Positions 44,110 through 54,362 are shown, numbered from the stretch's first letter. The stretch is 64,000 nucleotides of DNA from Pseudomonadota bacterium (GCA_023386865.1 JAEWIV010000191.1:2665-66664), one strand, 5' to 3'. Translations and numbers: made by a program. The notes: generated from the sequence alone by a model not told the origin.

Positions 44110-44531
44110 TGAGCAAGCTCAAGCTCTCGGCGTTCGATGCCGACGACCTCGGCGTCGTCTCGGCGGCGGTCCAGGACGCGCTGGTGGCGGTGCGCGACTG
44201 CGCCTTTTTCAAGGACGAGCGGCGCTTCGTTCTGCTTTTGAACCGGTTCCGGTGGGAGGCCGATCCGACCGTCGAGGCTGCGCATTCCCGCACCCATTCC
44301 GCTCTTGTTTTCAACGAGGTGATGGCCGTCCGCCACCACGACATCCCGCTCGACCAGCCCGACCGCATGCTCGAGCTGCTGGCCGTGGCGCAGGAAGATG
44401 CCGGCGCGGTCACGCTGCGGTTCGCCGCAGGCCGGGCCATACGGCTGGAAATCGGCCGGCTCGCGTGCCATTTGGGGGATGTCGGGGAGCCTTGGGCCAC
44501 CCCGTGGAAGCCCGCCCATCCGGCCGAATGA
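44109..44531 (+). CDS. DUF2948 family protein
   Basis: L.A.DADDL.VVSA..QDA, LNRFRWE and D.GEPW motifs, in the usual position after murA. Confidence 0.85.
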
Positions 44532-44583
44532 TCGCCCGTCTACAAGGCGGGTGGGGGCGGGCATTCGTTACTGGAGCATTGTC

Positions 44584-45252
44584 GTGTCGAGCGAGCCCAA
44601 CGAGAAGCTCATCCTGGCGCTGCCCAAGGGCCGCATCCTCAAGGAGGCGACTCCGTTATTCCAGCGCGCCGGCATCGAGCCCGAAGCGGCTTTCGCCGAT
44701 CCCGAGGCGCGCCAGCTCCGCTTCGCGACCAACCATCCCGACCTCGACATCATCCGCGTGCGCTCCTTCGATGTCGCGACGTTCGTGGCGTTCGGCGCCG
44801 CGCATCTCGGCCTCGCTGGCGCCGCCGTCCTGATGGAGTTCGACTATCCCGAGATCTACGCGCCGATCGATCTCGGCATCGGGCACTGCCGGCTGGCCGT
44901 CGCCGAGCCGGCCGAGATGGCGGGCAGCGACGACCCCAGGCGCTGGAGCCATGTGCGGATTGCCACCAAGTATCCCGAGGTGACGCGCCGCCACTTCGCC
45001 GCGCGCGGCGTGCAGGCCGAATGCGTCAAGCTGTCGGGTGCGATGGAGCTGGCGCCCTCGCTCGGCCTCAGCCACCGCATCGTCGACCTCGTCGATTCCG
45101 GCCGCACGCTGAAGGAGAACGGCCTGGTCGAGATCGAGCACATAGCCGACATCACCTCGCGCTTCATCGTCAATCGCGCTGCGCTGAAGACGCAGCCGGA
45201 GCGGATCGGGCGTTGGGTCGATCGCTTCCGCGAGATCTCCCGTGCCGCCTAA
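44584..45252 (+). CDS. hisG: ATP phosphoribosyltransferase, short (HisZ-dependent) form
   Basis: ALPKGRI, IATKYP, ELAP..GL and IVDLV.SGRTL.ENGL motifs; no C-terminal regulatory domain. Confidence 0.92.
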   Translation: MSSEPNEKLILALPKGRILKEATPLFQRAGIEPEAAFADPEARQLRFATNHPDLDIIRVRSFDVATFVAFGAAHLGLAGAAVLMEFDYPEIYAPIDLGIGHCRLAVAEPAEMAGSDDPRRWSHVRIATKYPEVTRRHFAARGVQAECVKLSGAMELAPSLGLSHRIVDLVDSGRTLKENGLVEIEHIADITSRFIVNRAALKTQPERIGRWVDRFREISRAA

Positions 45253-46549
45253 AAGGCTCGACGCCGCGGCGCCGGGATTCGAAAGGGACTTTTCGGGCTT
45301 CCTCGGTCGCAATCGCGACAGCGACGATAACGTCGATCGCGTCGTGGCCGATATCGTGGCCGATGTGCGTGCCCGCGGCGACGAAGCTGTCGTCGAGTAT
45401 ACGCGGAAATTCGACTGGTCCGGGGCCGAGCTCTCCAGTCTGCGCGTCTCCGACGCAGAGCGCAGGGCGGCGGCTGCGAGGGTGCCGTCGGCGCAGCGCG
45501 AGGCGCTCGCCTTCGCGGCCCGGCGCATCGAAGCCTTCCACCGCGCGCTGCTGCCCAAGGACGTCGACTTCACCGATAGCACCGGCACGCGGCTCGGCGC
45601 GCGCTACCGGCCGGTCGATTCAGCCGGCGTCTACGTGCCGGGCGGCACGGCGGCCTATCCATCCTCGGTGTTGATGAACATCGTGCCGGCCAAGGTAGCC
45701 GGCGTGCCGCGCATCGTCATGGTCGTGCCTACGCCGGGCGGCAAGCTCAATCCGCTGGTCATGCTGGCGGCCGAGATCGCCGGCGCCGACGAAGTCTGGC
45801 GCATCGGCGGTGCGCAGGCCGTCGCGGCACTCGCCTACGGCACGCGATCGATCGCGCCGGTCGACAAGATCACTGGCCCCGGCAACGCCTATGTCGCGGC
45901 CGCCAAGCGCCGTGTGTTCGGCCAGGTCGGCATCGACCTCATAGCCGGCCCATCCGAGATCCTCGTCGTCGCCGACGGCAAGAACGATCCTTCGTGGATC
46001 GCGGCCGATCTGCTGTCGCAGGCCGAGCACGACGCCTCCTCGCAATCGATCCTAATCACCGACGATGCCGCCTTCGCCGATCGCGTCGCGGCCGCGGTCG
46101 AAAGCGAGCTTTCGGGCATGGCGCGCGCCGACATCGCCCGCGCCAGCTGGCGCGACAACGGCTGCATCATCCTGGTGCCCGACCTCGCGGCCTCGGCGCC
46201 GATCGTCGACCGCATCGCCGCCGAGCATGTCGAGCTCGCGATGGAGCCGGCACCGGCGGAGGCGCTCGCCGAACGCATCCGCCATGCCGGCGCGATCTTC
46301 GTCGGCCGCCACACACCGGAGGCGATCGGCGACTATGTCGCCGGCACCAACCACGTGCTGCCGACCTCGCGCGCCGCCCGCTTTTCGGGCGGGCTGGGCG
46401 TCGCCGACTTCCTCAAGCGCACCTCGCTGGTCGCCTGCACACCGGAGGCGCTGGCCGAGCTGGGACCGGCGGCGCTCACGCTGGCCGAAGCCGAGGGGTT
46501 GGGTGCGCACGGCCGGTCGGTGTCGATCCGGCTCAACCGCCGCGGCTGA
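45242..46549 (+). CDS. hisD: Histidinol dehydrogenase
   Basis: [30 protein letters not shown] and GDY.AG.NHVLPT motifs. Confidence 0.95.
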   Translation: MPPKRLDAAAPGFERDFSGFLGRNRDSDDNVDRVVADIVADVRARGDEAVVEYTRKFDWSGAELSSLRVSDAERRAAAARVPSAQREALAFAARRIEAFHRALLPKDVDFTDSTGTRLGARYRPVDSAGVYVPGGTAAYPSSVLMNIVPAKVAGVPRIVMVVPTPGGKLNPLVMLAAEIAGADEVWRIGGAQAVAALAYGTRSIAPVDKITGPGNAYVAAAKRRVFGQVGIDLIAGPSEILVVADGKNDPSWIAADLLSQAEHDASSQSILITDDAAFADRVAAAVESELSGMARADIARASWRDNGCIILVPDLAASAPIVDRIAAEHVELAMEPAPAEALAERIRHAGAIFVGRHTPEAIGDYVAGTNHVLPTSRAARFSGGLGVADFLKRTSLVACTPEALAELGPAALTLAEAEGLGAHGRSVSIRLNRRG

Positions 46550-46553
46550 CCCG

Positions 46554-47033
46554 ATGCCCACCGCCAAGGCGCGTCGCATCATCGACATCGCCCTCGACGA
46601 GGAGTCCGTGGCGCGGCGCTCGCCCGAGGTGGAGCACGAGCGCGCGGTGGCGCTGTTCGACCTCCTGGAGGCGAACGACTTCGTGCTGGTCGGTGGCACG
46701 CCCGGACCCTACCGGCTGCGTATCGGCATCTACGAGCAGCGGCTGGTGTTCGACGTGCGCGATGCCGACGACAACAAGCTGCGCGACATCGTGCTGTCGC
46801 TGACGCCGTTTCGCAAGGTCGTGAAGGACTACTTCCTGATCTGCGAGAGCTACTACGCGGCCATCAAGAAGCTCAGCCCCTCGCAGATCGAGGCGCTCGA
46901 CATGGGCCGGCGCGGCCTGCACAACGAGGGCTCCGAGCTTCTGCGCGAGCGGCTCGACGGCAAGATCGAGCTCGACCTCGACACGGCGCGCCGACTGTTC
47001 ACCCTGATCTGCGCGCTGCACATCAAGCTGTGA
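46554..47033 (+). CDS. UPF0262 family protein
   Basis: EHER.VA.FDL.E.N.F and [14 protein letters not shown] motifs. Confidence 0.9.
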   Translation: MPTAKARRIIDIALDEESVARRSPEVEHERAVALFDLLEANDFVLVGGTPGPYRLRIGIYEQRLVFDVRDADDNKLRDIVLSLTPFRKVVKDYFLICESYYAAIKKLSPSQIEALDMGRRGLHNEGSELLRERLDGKIELDLDTARRLFTLICALHIKL

Positions 47034-47037
47034 CGCG

Positions 47038-47487
47038 ATGGCGATGAACGGCCTTCCCGCCAGCCTGTTGTTCGCCTGCAGCGAAAACGCCGTGCGCTCG
47101 CCCATGGCCGAGGGGCTCGCGAGGCGGCTCTACGGTCAGGCGTCGTACATCGATTCCGTCGGCGTGCGGGCAGGTGGCGCCGACGGTTTTGTCGCCGCGG
47201 CCCTCGACGAGATCGGCATCGACGTCCATGGACATCATGGAAAGACCTTCGATGACGTCGATCCGGCGTCGTTCGACCTGATCGTGACGCTGTCGCCCGA
47301 AGCGCATCACCAGGCGCTGGAGATCACGCGCGGGACGGCGGCGGAGGTCGAATACTGGCCGGTGCCCGACCCCAGCGCGGTCGAGGGCACGCGCGACATG
47401 CGGCTGGATGCCTATCGCCGGCTGCGCGACCAGTTGTTGGCACGACTGAAGGTGCGCTTCGGCGCGCCATCGGGGCCGTCGGTGTGA
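47038..47487 (+). CDS. Low-molecular-weight phosphatase/ArsC-like protein
   Basis: LFACSENAVRSPMAE (CX5R loop). Confidence 0.85.
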   Translation: MAMNGLPASLLFACSENAVRSPMAEGLARRLYGQASYIDSVGVRAGGADGFVAAALDEIGIDVHGHHGKTFDDVDPASFDLIVTLSPEAHHQALEITRGTAAEVEYWPVPDPSAVEGTRDMRLDAYRRLRDQLLARLKVRFGAPSGPSV

Positions 47488-47499
47488 GCCGATCAGGGT

Positions 47500-48063
47500 T
47501 CAGTTCGTGCCGTGGTACCACGCCCCGCGATGCGACGTACGGCGCGCGAGCGGCAGGTTGACGATGTCCATGAATACCGATGCCGCGCCGTCGCCGCCGG
47601 CGAGATCGCCTTCCAGCACGTCGACGTCGAAGGTGAGTTTGTCGCCTTCGAGCTTGGGCGACTTCAGCACGACCACGGCATCGACCACCGCGGCCTTGGC
47701 CTTCATCAGCACCGACACCGTCGCGTTGGGCGGCGTCTTGGCGAAGCTGTCGGAGGCGTTGCTGGTCCACTCCTCCAGCAGGTGAGCGGTGAGGGCGTGG
47801 CCTGCCGAGCGCACCGGCCGGTCGGCGAAGATGATGGCGTTGGGTGACACGCCCTCGAGCACGAGCTTGCCGCCGCCGAGCTTCGCGGCCTTGGCGTTGA
47901 GAACGATCATCGACGGCACGACGCGCGGCTGCTGGGGCTGGCCAATCACCTTGGGCGCACCTTGGGCGGTGGTTTGCCCGGCGGTTTGCGCGGCCACCGG
48001 CGACGCCGCCGTGATCGGGAGCAGGGCCGCGGCGACGACCGCCAGGGAGCGGATACGGTTCAT
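47500..48063 (-). CDS. Secreted hypothetical protein, paralog A
   Basis: Signal peptide plus domain F.DRPVR..GH...W...SFAK.PPNAT.SV. Confidence 0.75.
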   Translation of the reverse strand: MNRIRSLAVVAAALLPITAASPVAAQTAGQTTAQGAPKVIGQPQQPRVVPSMIVLNAKAAKLGGGKLVLEGVSPNAIIFADRPVRSAGHALTAHLLEEWTSNASDSFAKTPPNATVSVLMKAKAAVVDAVVVLKSPKLEGDKLTFDVDVLEGDLAGGDGAASVFMDIVNLPLARRTSHRGAWYHGTN

Positions 48064-48071
48064 GGCAGGCC

Positions 48072-48839
48072 TCAGTAGCACGGCAGCAGCGGGGGCTTGC
48101 CGCAGGTCGGCTGGTTGTAGCGCTGCTGGTAGCGTGGATCGATGTCAGGTGGCGGCGGCGCGCCTACCGCCGTGCCGTAGCTCCGCGGCGGCGGCACGTA
48201 GGGATGGGTGGGCGAGGGATTCGACCAGCCGCTGAAGGTACTGGTGCCGTGCGGATCGCCGATGTTTGGCGTCTCGCCGCCGGTGGTCTGGCTGGTGCCG
48301 TAGTAGGTGAAGCCGTTGGAGCCCAGGCCGAACCAGACCGTGTCGATGAACACCGAGGCAGGCCCGTCGGCCTTGCCCAGGCTGCCTTCCAGCACCTGGA
48401 CATCAAAGGTGAGCTTGTCGCCGTCCAGCTTGGCCGCGTTGAGCACGACCACGACGTCGGCGACCGAAGAGCCGTCCTTGCTGAACACCGAGGCGGTGGC
48501 ATTCGGCGGATCCTTGGCGAAGCTCCCGGTGCGCCAGATCTCGACCATCTCGGGCGTCGCCATGTGGCCGACCGTGCGGACGGGGCGGCTGGTGAACAGG
48601 GTCGCGGTCGGCTGCACGCCGTCCAGGATCAGCTTGTCGCCCTCCAGGCGGCCTGCCTTGGCGTTGAGCACGATCAGCGCCGTGGAGTACCGCCTGTTGG
48701 TGGGAACGCCGATCGTCTTGGGTCCGCTCGCGGCAACGGTCGGCGCAGCCGGTGCGGGCGTCGGCGTTTGGGCAAAAACGTGCCCGGAGGCCAGGATCAG
48801 GGCGGCAGCGAGAAGGCTGCACGTCTGCTGTGCGTTCAT
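48072..48839 (-). CDS. Secreted hypothetical protein, paralog B with a Pro/Gly-rich tail ending CGKPPLLPCY
   Basis: AAGGA RBS, signal peptide ending VFA, same domain as 47500..48063. Confidence 0.75.
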   Translation of the reverse strand: MNAQQTCSLLAAALILASGHVFAQTPTPAPAAPTVAASGPKTIGVPTNRRYSTALIVLNAKAGRLEGDKLILDGVQPTATLFTSRPVRTVGHMATPEMVEIWRTGSFAKDPPNATASVFSKDGSSVADVVVVLNAAKLDGDKLTFDVQVLEGSLGKADGPASVFIDTVWFGLGSNGFTYYGTSQTTGGETPNIGDPHGTSTFSGWSNPSPTHPYVPPPRSYGTAVGAPPPPDIDPRYQQRYNQPTCGKPPLLPCY

Positions 48840-48911
48840 TGCGACTGGTCCTTCCTTCCCCGGGCGTCCGCAGCCGCGCCTTGTATAGGGGAAAGCAATC
48901 CCCCGGTCGAG

Positions 48912-48940
48912 TTGACTAAACTCCGTCCGCAGCCCATTTT
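48912..48940 (+). promoter_or_regulatory. Candidate sigma70 promoter for infA
   Basis: TTGACT-N17-CATTTT. Confidence 0.3.
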
Positions 48941-48979
48941 CCGGCCGCTTCATTCTCCAATGCTCCAACCGGAGGCCGG

Positions 48980-49198
48980 ATGGCCAAGGAAGACCTGATC
49001 GAGTTCACCGGTGTGGTGTCCGAGCTGCTGCCGAACGCGATGTTCCGGGTGAAGCTCGACAACGACCACACGATCCTCGCCCATACGTCGGGCAAGATGC
49101 GCAAGAATCGCATTCGCGTGCTGGCAGGCGACCGCGTCACCGTCGAGATGACGCCCTACGACCTGACCAAGGGCCGCATCACCTTCCGTTTCAAGTAG
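48980..49198 (+). CDS. infA: Translation initiation factor IF-1
   Basis: [19 protein letters not shown] and [16 protein letters not shown] motifs. Confidence 0.98.
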   Translation: MAKEDLIEFTGVVSELLPNAMFRVKLDNDHTILAHTSGKMRKNRIRVLAGDRVTVEMTPYDLTKGRITFRFK

Positions 49199-49201
49199 GC
49201 G

Positions 49202-49780
49202 TTGGGCGCCCAGCCGATCCCGCCGCTGATCCTCGCTTCCGCCTCGCCGCGTCGGCTCGACCTGCTGCGCCAAGTGGGCATCGAGCCCACCGAGATCGAT
49301 CCCGCCCACATCGACGAGACGCCCGGCGCCGGCGAGCTGCCGCGCGCCTATGCGCTGCGCATGGCCAGGGCGAAGCTTGCAGCGGTCGCCGTCCGCCGTC
49401 CGCACATGGTCGTGCTGGCGGCCGACAGCGTCGTGGTCTGCGGCCGGCGCATCCTGCCCAAGGCCGAGACCGAAGCCGAGGGGCGCGCCTGCCTCGACCT
49501 GCTGTCGGGCCGCAGGCATCGCGTGCTGGGCGGCGTCGCCGGCGGTTCGCCCGATGGAACGGTGCGCACGCGGCTGGTCGAGACCATCGTGCGTTTCAAG
49601 CGACTGGAGCCTGCCGAGATCGACGACTACATCGCGAGTGGCGAGTGGCGCGGCAAGGCGGGCGGCTATGCCATCCAGGGCCGCGCGGCGCGCTTCGTCA
49701 GCTTCATCTCCGGGTCTTACAGCAACGTCGTCGGCCTGCCGCTCTACGAGACGGTCGGTCTCCTGCGGGCTTCCTCGTGA
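49202..49780 (+). CDS. maf: Maf family nucleotide pyrophosphatase
   Basis: LILASASPRR, AAD.VV, KAGGYAIQG and NVVGLPL motifs. Confidence 0.93.
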   Translation: MGAQPIPPLILASASPRRLDLLRQVGIEPTEIDPAHIDETPGAGELPRAYALRMARAKLAAVAVRRPHMVVLAADSVVVCGRRILPKAETEAEGRACLDLLSGRRHRVLGGVAGGSPDGTVRTRLVETIVRFKRLEPAEIDDYIASGEWRGKAGGYAIQGRAARFVSFISGSYSNVVGLPLYETVGLLRASS

Positions 49781-50964
49781 GCCGCATCGACCGTCTGATC
49801 TGCCACGTCATGCCCAACGCCTTTCTGATGGCGCTGGTCACGGCGGGCCGGCTGGTCGAGCTGCAGATCGTGCGCCGCGACAGGCCCTCGCGCGTCGAAG
49901 GCGTGTTCCTCGGCCGGCTCGAGCGGGTGATGCCGGAGCTCGATGCCGCCTTCGTCGACATCGGCATCGGCCGGTCCGCCTTCCTGCGTGCCGAGGATCG
50001 TGCCGGCATCGACGACTGGCCGCCGCCCGGCGCACCGTTGCTGGTGCAGGTGCGCAACGATGGCGAGGGCGAGAAGGGGCCGCGCGTCTCCATGAATATT
50101 GCCGTTACCGGACGCTACCTCGTCTACCATCCGGTCGGATCGGGCATCGGGTTCTCGCGCCGCATCGAGGGCGAAAGCGAGCGCGAGCGCCTGCGTGGCC
50201 ATGTCGAAGGCCTGCTGGAGGGAGGCATCGTGCTGCGCACCGCCGCCCGCGGCGTCGGGCCCGACGTGCTGCGCGGGGATTCCGCCCAGATCATGGAGCG
50301 CTGGGAGCAGCTCCGCGCGCAGGCCCTCGCCGCGCAGCCGCCGGCCGACCTGTCGGCGCGCATCCCGGGCGAGCGCGATCCGATCGCCCGCGCGTTGCGA
50401 GACCATGGCGCTGCGCTCGAGGAGGTGATCCTCGACGATCGCGGCATGGCGCGCACCCTGCAGGACGAGCTGGACCGCCTGGGCGAGAAGATCCGCGTGC
50501 GCTGGCACAACGGGGCGATGCCCGCTTTCGACATCGACGACGTCGAAGGCCAGATCGATACGGCACTCGCGCCGCGCATCGTGCTGGAGAGCGGGGTGGA
50601 GGTGTTGTTCGAGCCGGGCGAGACGCTGACCGCCATCGACGTCGACAGCGGCAGCGCCGGCGGCCGCCAGGGCCGCGCACCGCGACGGCCGGTCGAGGTC
50701 AACCTCGAGGCCGCACCGGCGATCGCCCAGCAGCTCCGCCTGCGCAATCTCGCGGGCGCCGTGGTGATCGACTTCGTCACCATGCGCAGCACCTACGACC
50801 GCGACAAGGTGCAGGCAGCGCTCGCTGATGCCCTTGCCGACGACCCGGTGCCCACCCAGCTCTATGGCTTCACGCGGCTCGGCCACTTCGAGTTGACCCG
50901 CGCCCGGCGCGGCGCGACTCTGGCGGCCCAGCTCGAGGCACTGCAGCAAGACGCCGATGACTGA
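49777..50964 (+). CDS. RNase E/G family ribonuclease (short Rng-like)
   Basis: S1 domain AAFVDIG, KGPR, LTAIDVD.G, QLRLRNL.G.VVIDF and LG..ELTR.R motifs. GTGA overlap with maf. Confidence 0.85.
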   Translation: MSRIDRLICHVMPNAFLMALVTAGRLVELQIVRRDRPSRVEGVFLGRLERVMPELDAAFVDIGIGRSAFLRAEDRAGIDDWPPPGAPLLVQVRNDGEGEKGPRVSMNIAVTGRYLVYHPVGSGIGFSRRIEGESERERLRGHVEGLLEGGIVLRTAARGVGPDVLRGDSAQIMERWEQLRAQALAAQPPADLSARIPGERDPIARALRDHGAALEEVILDDRGMARTLQDELDRLGEKIRVRWHNGAMPAFDIDDVEGQIDTALAPRIVLESGVEVLFEPGETLTAIDVDSGSAGGRQGRAPRRPVEVNLEAAPAIAQQLRLRNLAGAVVIDFVTMRSTYDRDKVQAALADALADDPVPTQLYGFTRLGHFELTRARRGATLAAQLEALQQDADD

Positions 50965-51178
50965 ACGACCAATTCCGCTGCGCGCGGTGCGCACGGCCGC
51001 CAAATGCCCGGTTTGCCGCAAGGAGGTTGGCGCGGGGTATCGCCCCTTCTGCTCCAAACGCTGCGCCGACATCGACCTCGGGCGCTGGCTAAAGGAGGGC
51101 TACCGCATCGAGACCGACGAGGCCCCGCCCGACGAGGACCCGGGAGCCGGCCGCACGCCAACTGGACAGGAGCGCTGA
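50957..51178 (+). CDS. yacG: DNA gyrase inhibitor YacG
   Basis: CPVC...[18 protein letters not shown] motif. Confidence 0.93.
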   Translation: MTERPIPLRAVRTAAKCPVCRKEVGAGYRPFCSKRCADIDLGRWLKEGYRIETDEAPPDEDPGAGRTPTGQER

Positions 51179-51191
51179 CGCGTCCTATAAG
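51163..51191 (+). promoter_or_regulatory. Candidate sigma70 promoter for tRNA-Phe
   Basis: TGGACA-N17-TATAAG, 20 bp upstream of the tRNA. Confidence 0.5.
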
Positions 51192-51211
51192 CCCCGCCGC
51201 CAACACGGCGC

Positions 51212-51287
51212 GCCCAGGTAGCTCAGTTGGTAGAGCATGCGACTGAAAATCGCAGTGTCGGTGGTTCGATCCCGCCCCTGGGCACCA
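51212..51287 (+). tRNA. tRNA-Phe(GAA)
   Basis: GCCCAGG/CCTGGGC acceptor stem, GCGA-CTGAAAA-TCGC anticodon arm, TTCGA T-loop and CCA; 76 nt. Confidence 0.97.
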
Positions 51288-51634
51288 TTTCCAAAGTATG
51301 CGCCAGCTTGAAACTACTGGCTTCGACGCCGTGTGGATGAACTCACGGCGCCGCCGCCTGGACGTTCCTGGTCCCGGCCAGCGTAGACGCCTGGGTGAGC
51401 AGCGCGACCGCGGGGACCAAGGTCTCGTCGTGGGCGGCATCGCGGGGTAATTGGCTTCGTGCGCTCGCGTTCAGGCTTCTCGTCGGCTCGACGAACCTCC
51501 AAGGCCCTGCAAATCGTCCTCGCTTTCCGGGAGTTCCGCACCGCCGTTTGCTCCAGAAGTGGACTTACGTGGAGCGAAGCATGTGCGCCGTCGAAGCAAC
51601 CGCCGCGCCATGCTCCTGCGATGCTATCGCCGCC

Positions 51635-51754
51635 TCAGGAGTAATGCGCCAGGTAGGAAAGGAACGTGAGGCCGAGTACGACACTCGGGCCGACCACCAG
51701 GCTGAGCACCAGCAACTCTTGATCCAGATCATTGCCGTGGGCGATCCGTACCAT
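51635..51754 (-). CDS. Candidate 39-aa single-TM small protein
   Basis: AGGGGA RBS, then MVRIAHGNDLDQELLVLSLVVGPSVVLGLTFLSYLAHYS. Confidence 0.4.
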   Translation of the reverse strand: MVRIAHGNDLDQELLVLSLVVGPSVVLGLTFLSYLAHYS

Positions 51755-51911
51755 AGGGTCCCCTTGACCAACGCGCTTTGCGGCGTTCGCTGAGAAGAGG
51801 ATGGAGCATTCTAGAGCGCAGGGCAGTGCAGAGTACGCCTTGCAAAGTGTTGATAAAGATCAGCGATTTTTTCGCTAGCAGCCATAAACTTTTCATACGA
51901 CGGGAAGAACA

Positions 51912-52109
51912 ATGGCCGCTCAACGCAACTCCAGAAGGCCGAGACCTCCCTTGAGAATTGGCAGCCTCTGGACATCAAAATATTGGTGCGACCGGGCGGA
52001 AGAAGCCTGGACGAAAGCGGCCGAGATGAAGGATCCGCATGCCAAGGCGACCATGACGCAATTGGCCGAGATGTATCAGCGGTTGGCGGAGCGTCAAACT
52101 TCGAACTGA
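51912..52109 (+). CDS. Small helical-hairpin hypothetical protein
   Basis: YW..RAEEA...A.EM.DP.AK..M..LA..Y.RLA resembles small alphaproteobacterial hypothetical proteins; GGGAAG precedes the ATG. Confidence 0.6.
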   Translation: MAAQRNSRRPRPPLRIGSLWTSKYWCDRAEEAWTKAAEMKDPHAKATMTQLAEMYQRLAERQTSN

Positions 52110-52124
52110 ACTTTCTGGCGTCCT

Positions 52125-52319
52125 CTATTGGAATGTGCATTTTGCGCCGGTGGGTCGAAGCTGGCTCACGCCAAGGAAACCGTCCTGGTTGTCGACGAAT
52201 CTCGGCATCCCGCTTTCGCCGGGGCAGGGATACGCCATTTCGACCGGCACCGGGTGACGCGCCATTACTTGCCGGGGGGCCGGCGTGCACGCCGAGAGGC
52301 TGAGCGCTAGCAAGGCCAT
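52125..52319 (-). CDS. Candidate small lipoprotein
   Basis: LLALSLSAC lipobox and two further Cys residues. Start uncertain. Confidence 0.4.
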   Translation of the reverse strand: MALLALSLSACTPAPRQVMARHPVPVEMAYPCPGESGMPRFVDNQDGFLGVSQLRPTGAKCTFQ

Positions 52320-52587
52320 CCGAATAATGTCTGACGGCGTTTCTACGCGACGTTGCGCCGACAACGGCGTGAGGCAAAGGATGTTCTCAGTCGTTTCCAC
52401 CACGCTGGCATAACCACCCGTCGTCGCGGCAGTTGCTTCCGGCAATTGAAAAAGTCTCCGGGCCCCACCAGTGAAACGCTGAACGGGAAAATTCCGGGAA
52501 TTGATCTATCGCAAACTTATTTGCCCAAGCCCGTATTTAATCGCCTCTCGGCCGGCACTACGCGGGTCAAACCGAGGGGAAACACAC

Positions 52588-53211
52588 ATGCTGAAAAAGT
52601 TCCTGATTGCGTCGGCAGCTGGGCTGCTGCTGGCGGCATGCCAAGAACAGCCGACGCAGTTGACCAGCCCGCCGCCCGCGGCGCCTCGGCCGCAGGCCTT
52701 CACGGTGTACTTCGACACCAATCAATCGACGTTGTCGGCCGAGGCGACCGAGACGGTTGCTCAGGCCGCAGCTGCCTTCAAGCAGGGCGGGACCGCTGTA
52801 GCCGTGCGTGGCCACACCGACACGGTCGGCAATGCGGAGTACAACCTGCAGCTCTCCCTGCGGCGCGCCGCTTCCGCGAAGGAAGCACTGCAGCGCAACG
52901 GCGTACCGGCGGCGGCGATTCTGACGGGCGGCGTGGGCGAGCAAGACCTGCCGGTCCCCACCGCCGACCAAGTCCCGGAACGGCGCAACCGCAGCGTCGA
53001 CATCGCCATCTCAAGGCGGGCGCTGATGAGCGACAAGGACTATTGCGCCGCGCTCGCCAAGAAGTGGCGTGAGTATACCCGGACGGATGCATCTGGTCCG
53101 GCCCCGCAGGCGATCGCCAAGTGCAATGCCGGAGATTACGCTGCGGGCATCACGACGCTGGAGACGATACTGACCAATGACAAGGTCGTATTGCCGTCGC
53201 GTTATCTGTAG
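52588..53211 (+). CDS. OmpA-like peptidoglycan-binding lipoprotein with a Cys-pair C-terminal domain
   Basis: Lipobox LAAC, VYFD, GHTD.VG...YN..LS.RRA and RNRSVDI motifs. Confidence 0.9.
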   Translation: MLKKFLIASAAGLLLAACQEQPTQLTSPPPAAPRPQAFTVYFDTNQSTLSAEATETVAQAAAAFKQGGTAVAVRGHTDTVGNAEYNLQLSLRRAASAKEALQRNGVPAAAILTGGVGEQDLPVPTADQVPERRNRSVDIAISRRALMSDKDYCAALAKKWREYTRTDASGPAPQAIAKCNAGDYAAGITTLETILTNDKVVLPSRYL

Positions 53212-53238
53212 CTAATCCGGCACGAGTAAATTGAGGAA

Positions 53239-53268
53239 GGCGGTCCTTCTGCGAGGACCGCCCTCTTC
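53239..53268. terminator. Hairpin downstream of the OmpA-like gene
   Basis: GGCGGTCCT...AGGACCGCC followed by CTCTTC. Confidence 0.5.
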
Positions 53269-53272
53269 GTGC

Positions 53273-53308
53273 CGCAGTGTCGGTGGCTCGATCCGGCGCC
53301 TGGGCACC
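53273..53308 (+). repeat. Degenerate direct repeat of the tRNA-Phe 3' half (att-site remnant)
   Basis: CGCAGTGTCGGTGGCTCGATCCGGCGCCTGGGCACC matches 51251..51286 at 33 of 36 positions. Confidence 0.85.
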
Positions 53309-53336
53309 GCTCCTCCGGCGGCACTGCCGCTGTCGG

Positions 53337-54362
53337 TCAAAACCCTGCAAAGAGGCCGGGGTCGTACTGCTTGTTCTTGGTGTAGGTCTGCATCAGCGAA
53401 TTGATGTCGTTCAGCTGCTTCTTCAGATCCTCGAGGAACGGAGCGAGGTCGCCGTACTTCGCCCTTGCGGAGCCGGTGATCGAGCCGGGGCGATAATCCT
53501 GCGAGTGGGCCGACTGGTACTTGATCATCGCCTTGTAGACGTCGTCGATCATGGCGAGGATGTCCTGCTCGGATTGCCTGAGCTGGTTGGCGGTGTGGGC
53601 GTAGCAGTCGTCGATGTTCGTCTTGCGCTTGCACTCGGCCATGATGATCTTGAAGGGATAGACTCGCCAGGGGTCGGCGCCCCAGGAGCCGTCGAACGGC
53701 GGCGGCTTGCCGCCGGTCATCTCCTTGCGCTTGTGCTCGAACTGGACCTGGACATAGAGCGCGACGAGCTTGCGGTTGTAGTGCCAGAGCTCGAGGAACT
53801 TGGGATAGCCGAGGCGGCGCGCGACGGCAGCCCAGTCGGCGATTCGCTTCTTGCGGTCGCCGCTCCATTTGGGTTCGTCGCCGGCCTGCTCGACCCAGTC
53901 GAGCACGCGGTTCGCGAGGTTCTCCTCCGACTGCTGGACGACGGCAGGGGAGGCCTCGACCACTTCCGTGTCGCCGGTGATCGGGATATGGGCGAACTGT
54001 ACCGCCATCATGTAGCGCTTGGTCGGCTCGGCGTGCTTGCGGCGATAGAGGGCGGCAGCGAGGCGCACCTTGGCGCCCTCCTTGATGCCGAGGTCGCGGA
54101 GATCCTTGTGGATCTTCTGGAGGTCGCCGGTCGAGCGCACGAGGCCGCGGGCAAATACGCCGCCGTCGCTGCGATAGACGATGTAGTGCCTCAGCTCATG
54201 TGCCGACGACCAGGCGAATTTGTCGAAGCTCGCCGAGAAGGCCGGGTTCATGATGATTTCCTGCCGCGGCAGGATGGGTTGCCAGCCCTGGGCGATATGC
54301 ATCTGCATGCGCCGCCGGAACTCTTCCAGCGGCATGAAATCGGTACGCACCGGAGGCGCCAT
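53337..54362 (-). CDS. Orphan hypothetical protein (341 aa)
   Basis: AGGAG RBS and strong GC3 coding bias; no motif recognised. Confidence 0.8.
   Translation of the reverse strand: MAPPVRTDFMPLEEFRRRMQMHIAQGWQPILPRQEIIMNPAFSASFDKFAWSSAHELRHYIVYRSDGGVFARGLVRSTGDLQKIHKDLRDLGIKEGAKVRLAAALYRRKHAEPTKRYMMAVQFAHIPITGDTEVVEASPAVVQQSEENLANRVLDWVEQAGDEPKWSGDRKKRIADWAAVARRLGYPKFLELWHYNRKLVALYVQVQFEHKRKEMTGGKPPPFDGSWGADPWRVYPFKIIMAECKRKTNIDDCYAHTANQLRQSEQDILAMIDDVYKAMIKYQSAHSQDYRPGSITGSARAKYGDLAPFLEDLKKQLNDINSLMQTYTKNKQYDPGLFAGF

Noticed and set aside
53273..53308. A second tRNA-Phe gene
   Set aside because: Only the 3' half is present, with a mutated T-loop and T-stem and no CCA; treated as an att remnant.
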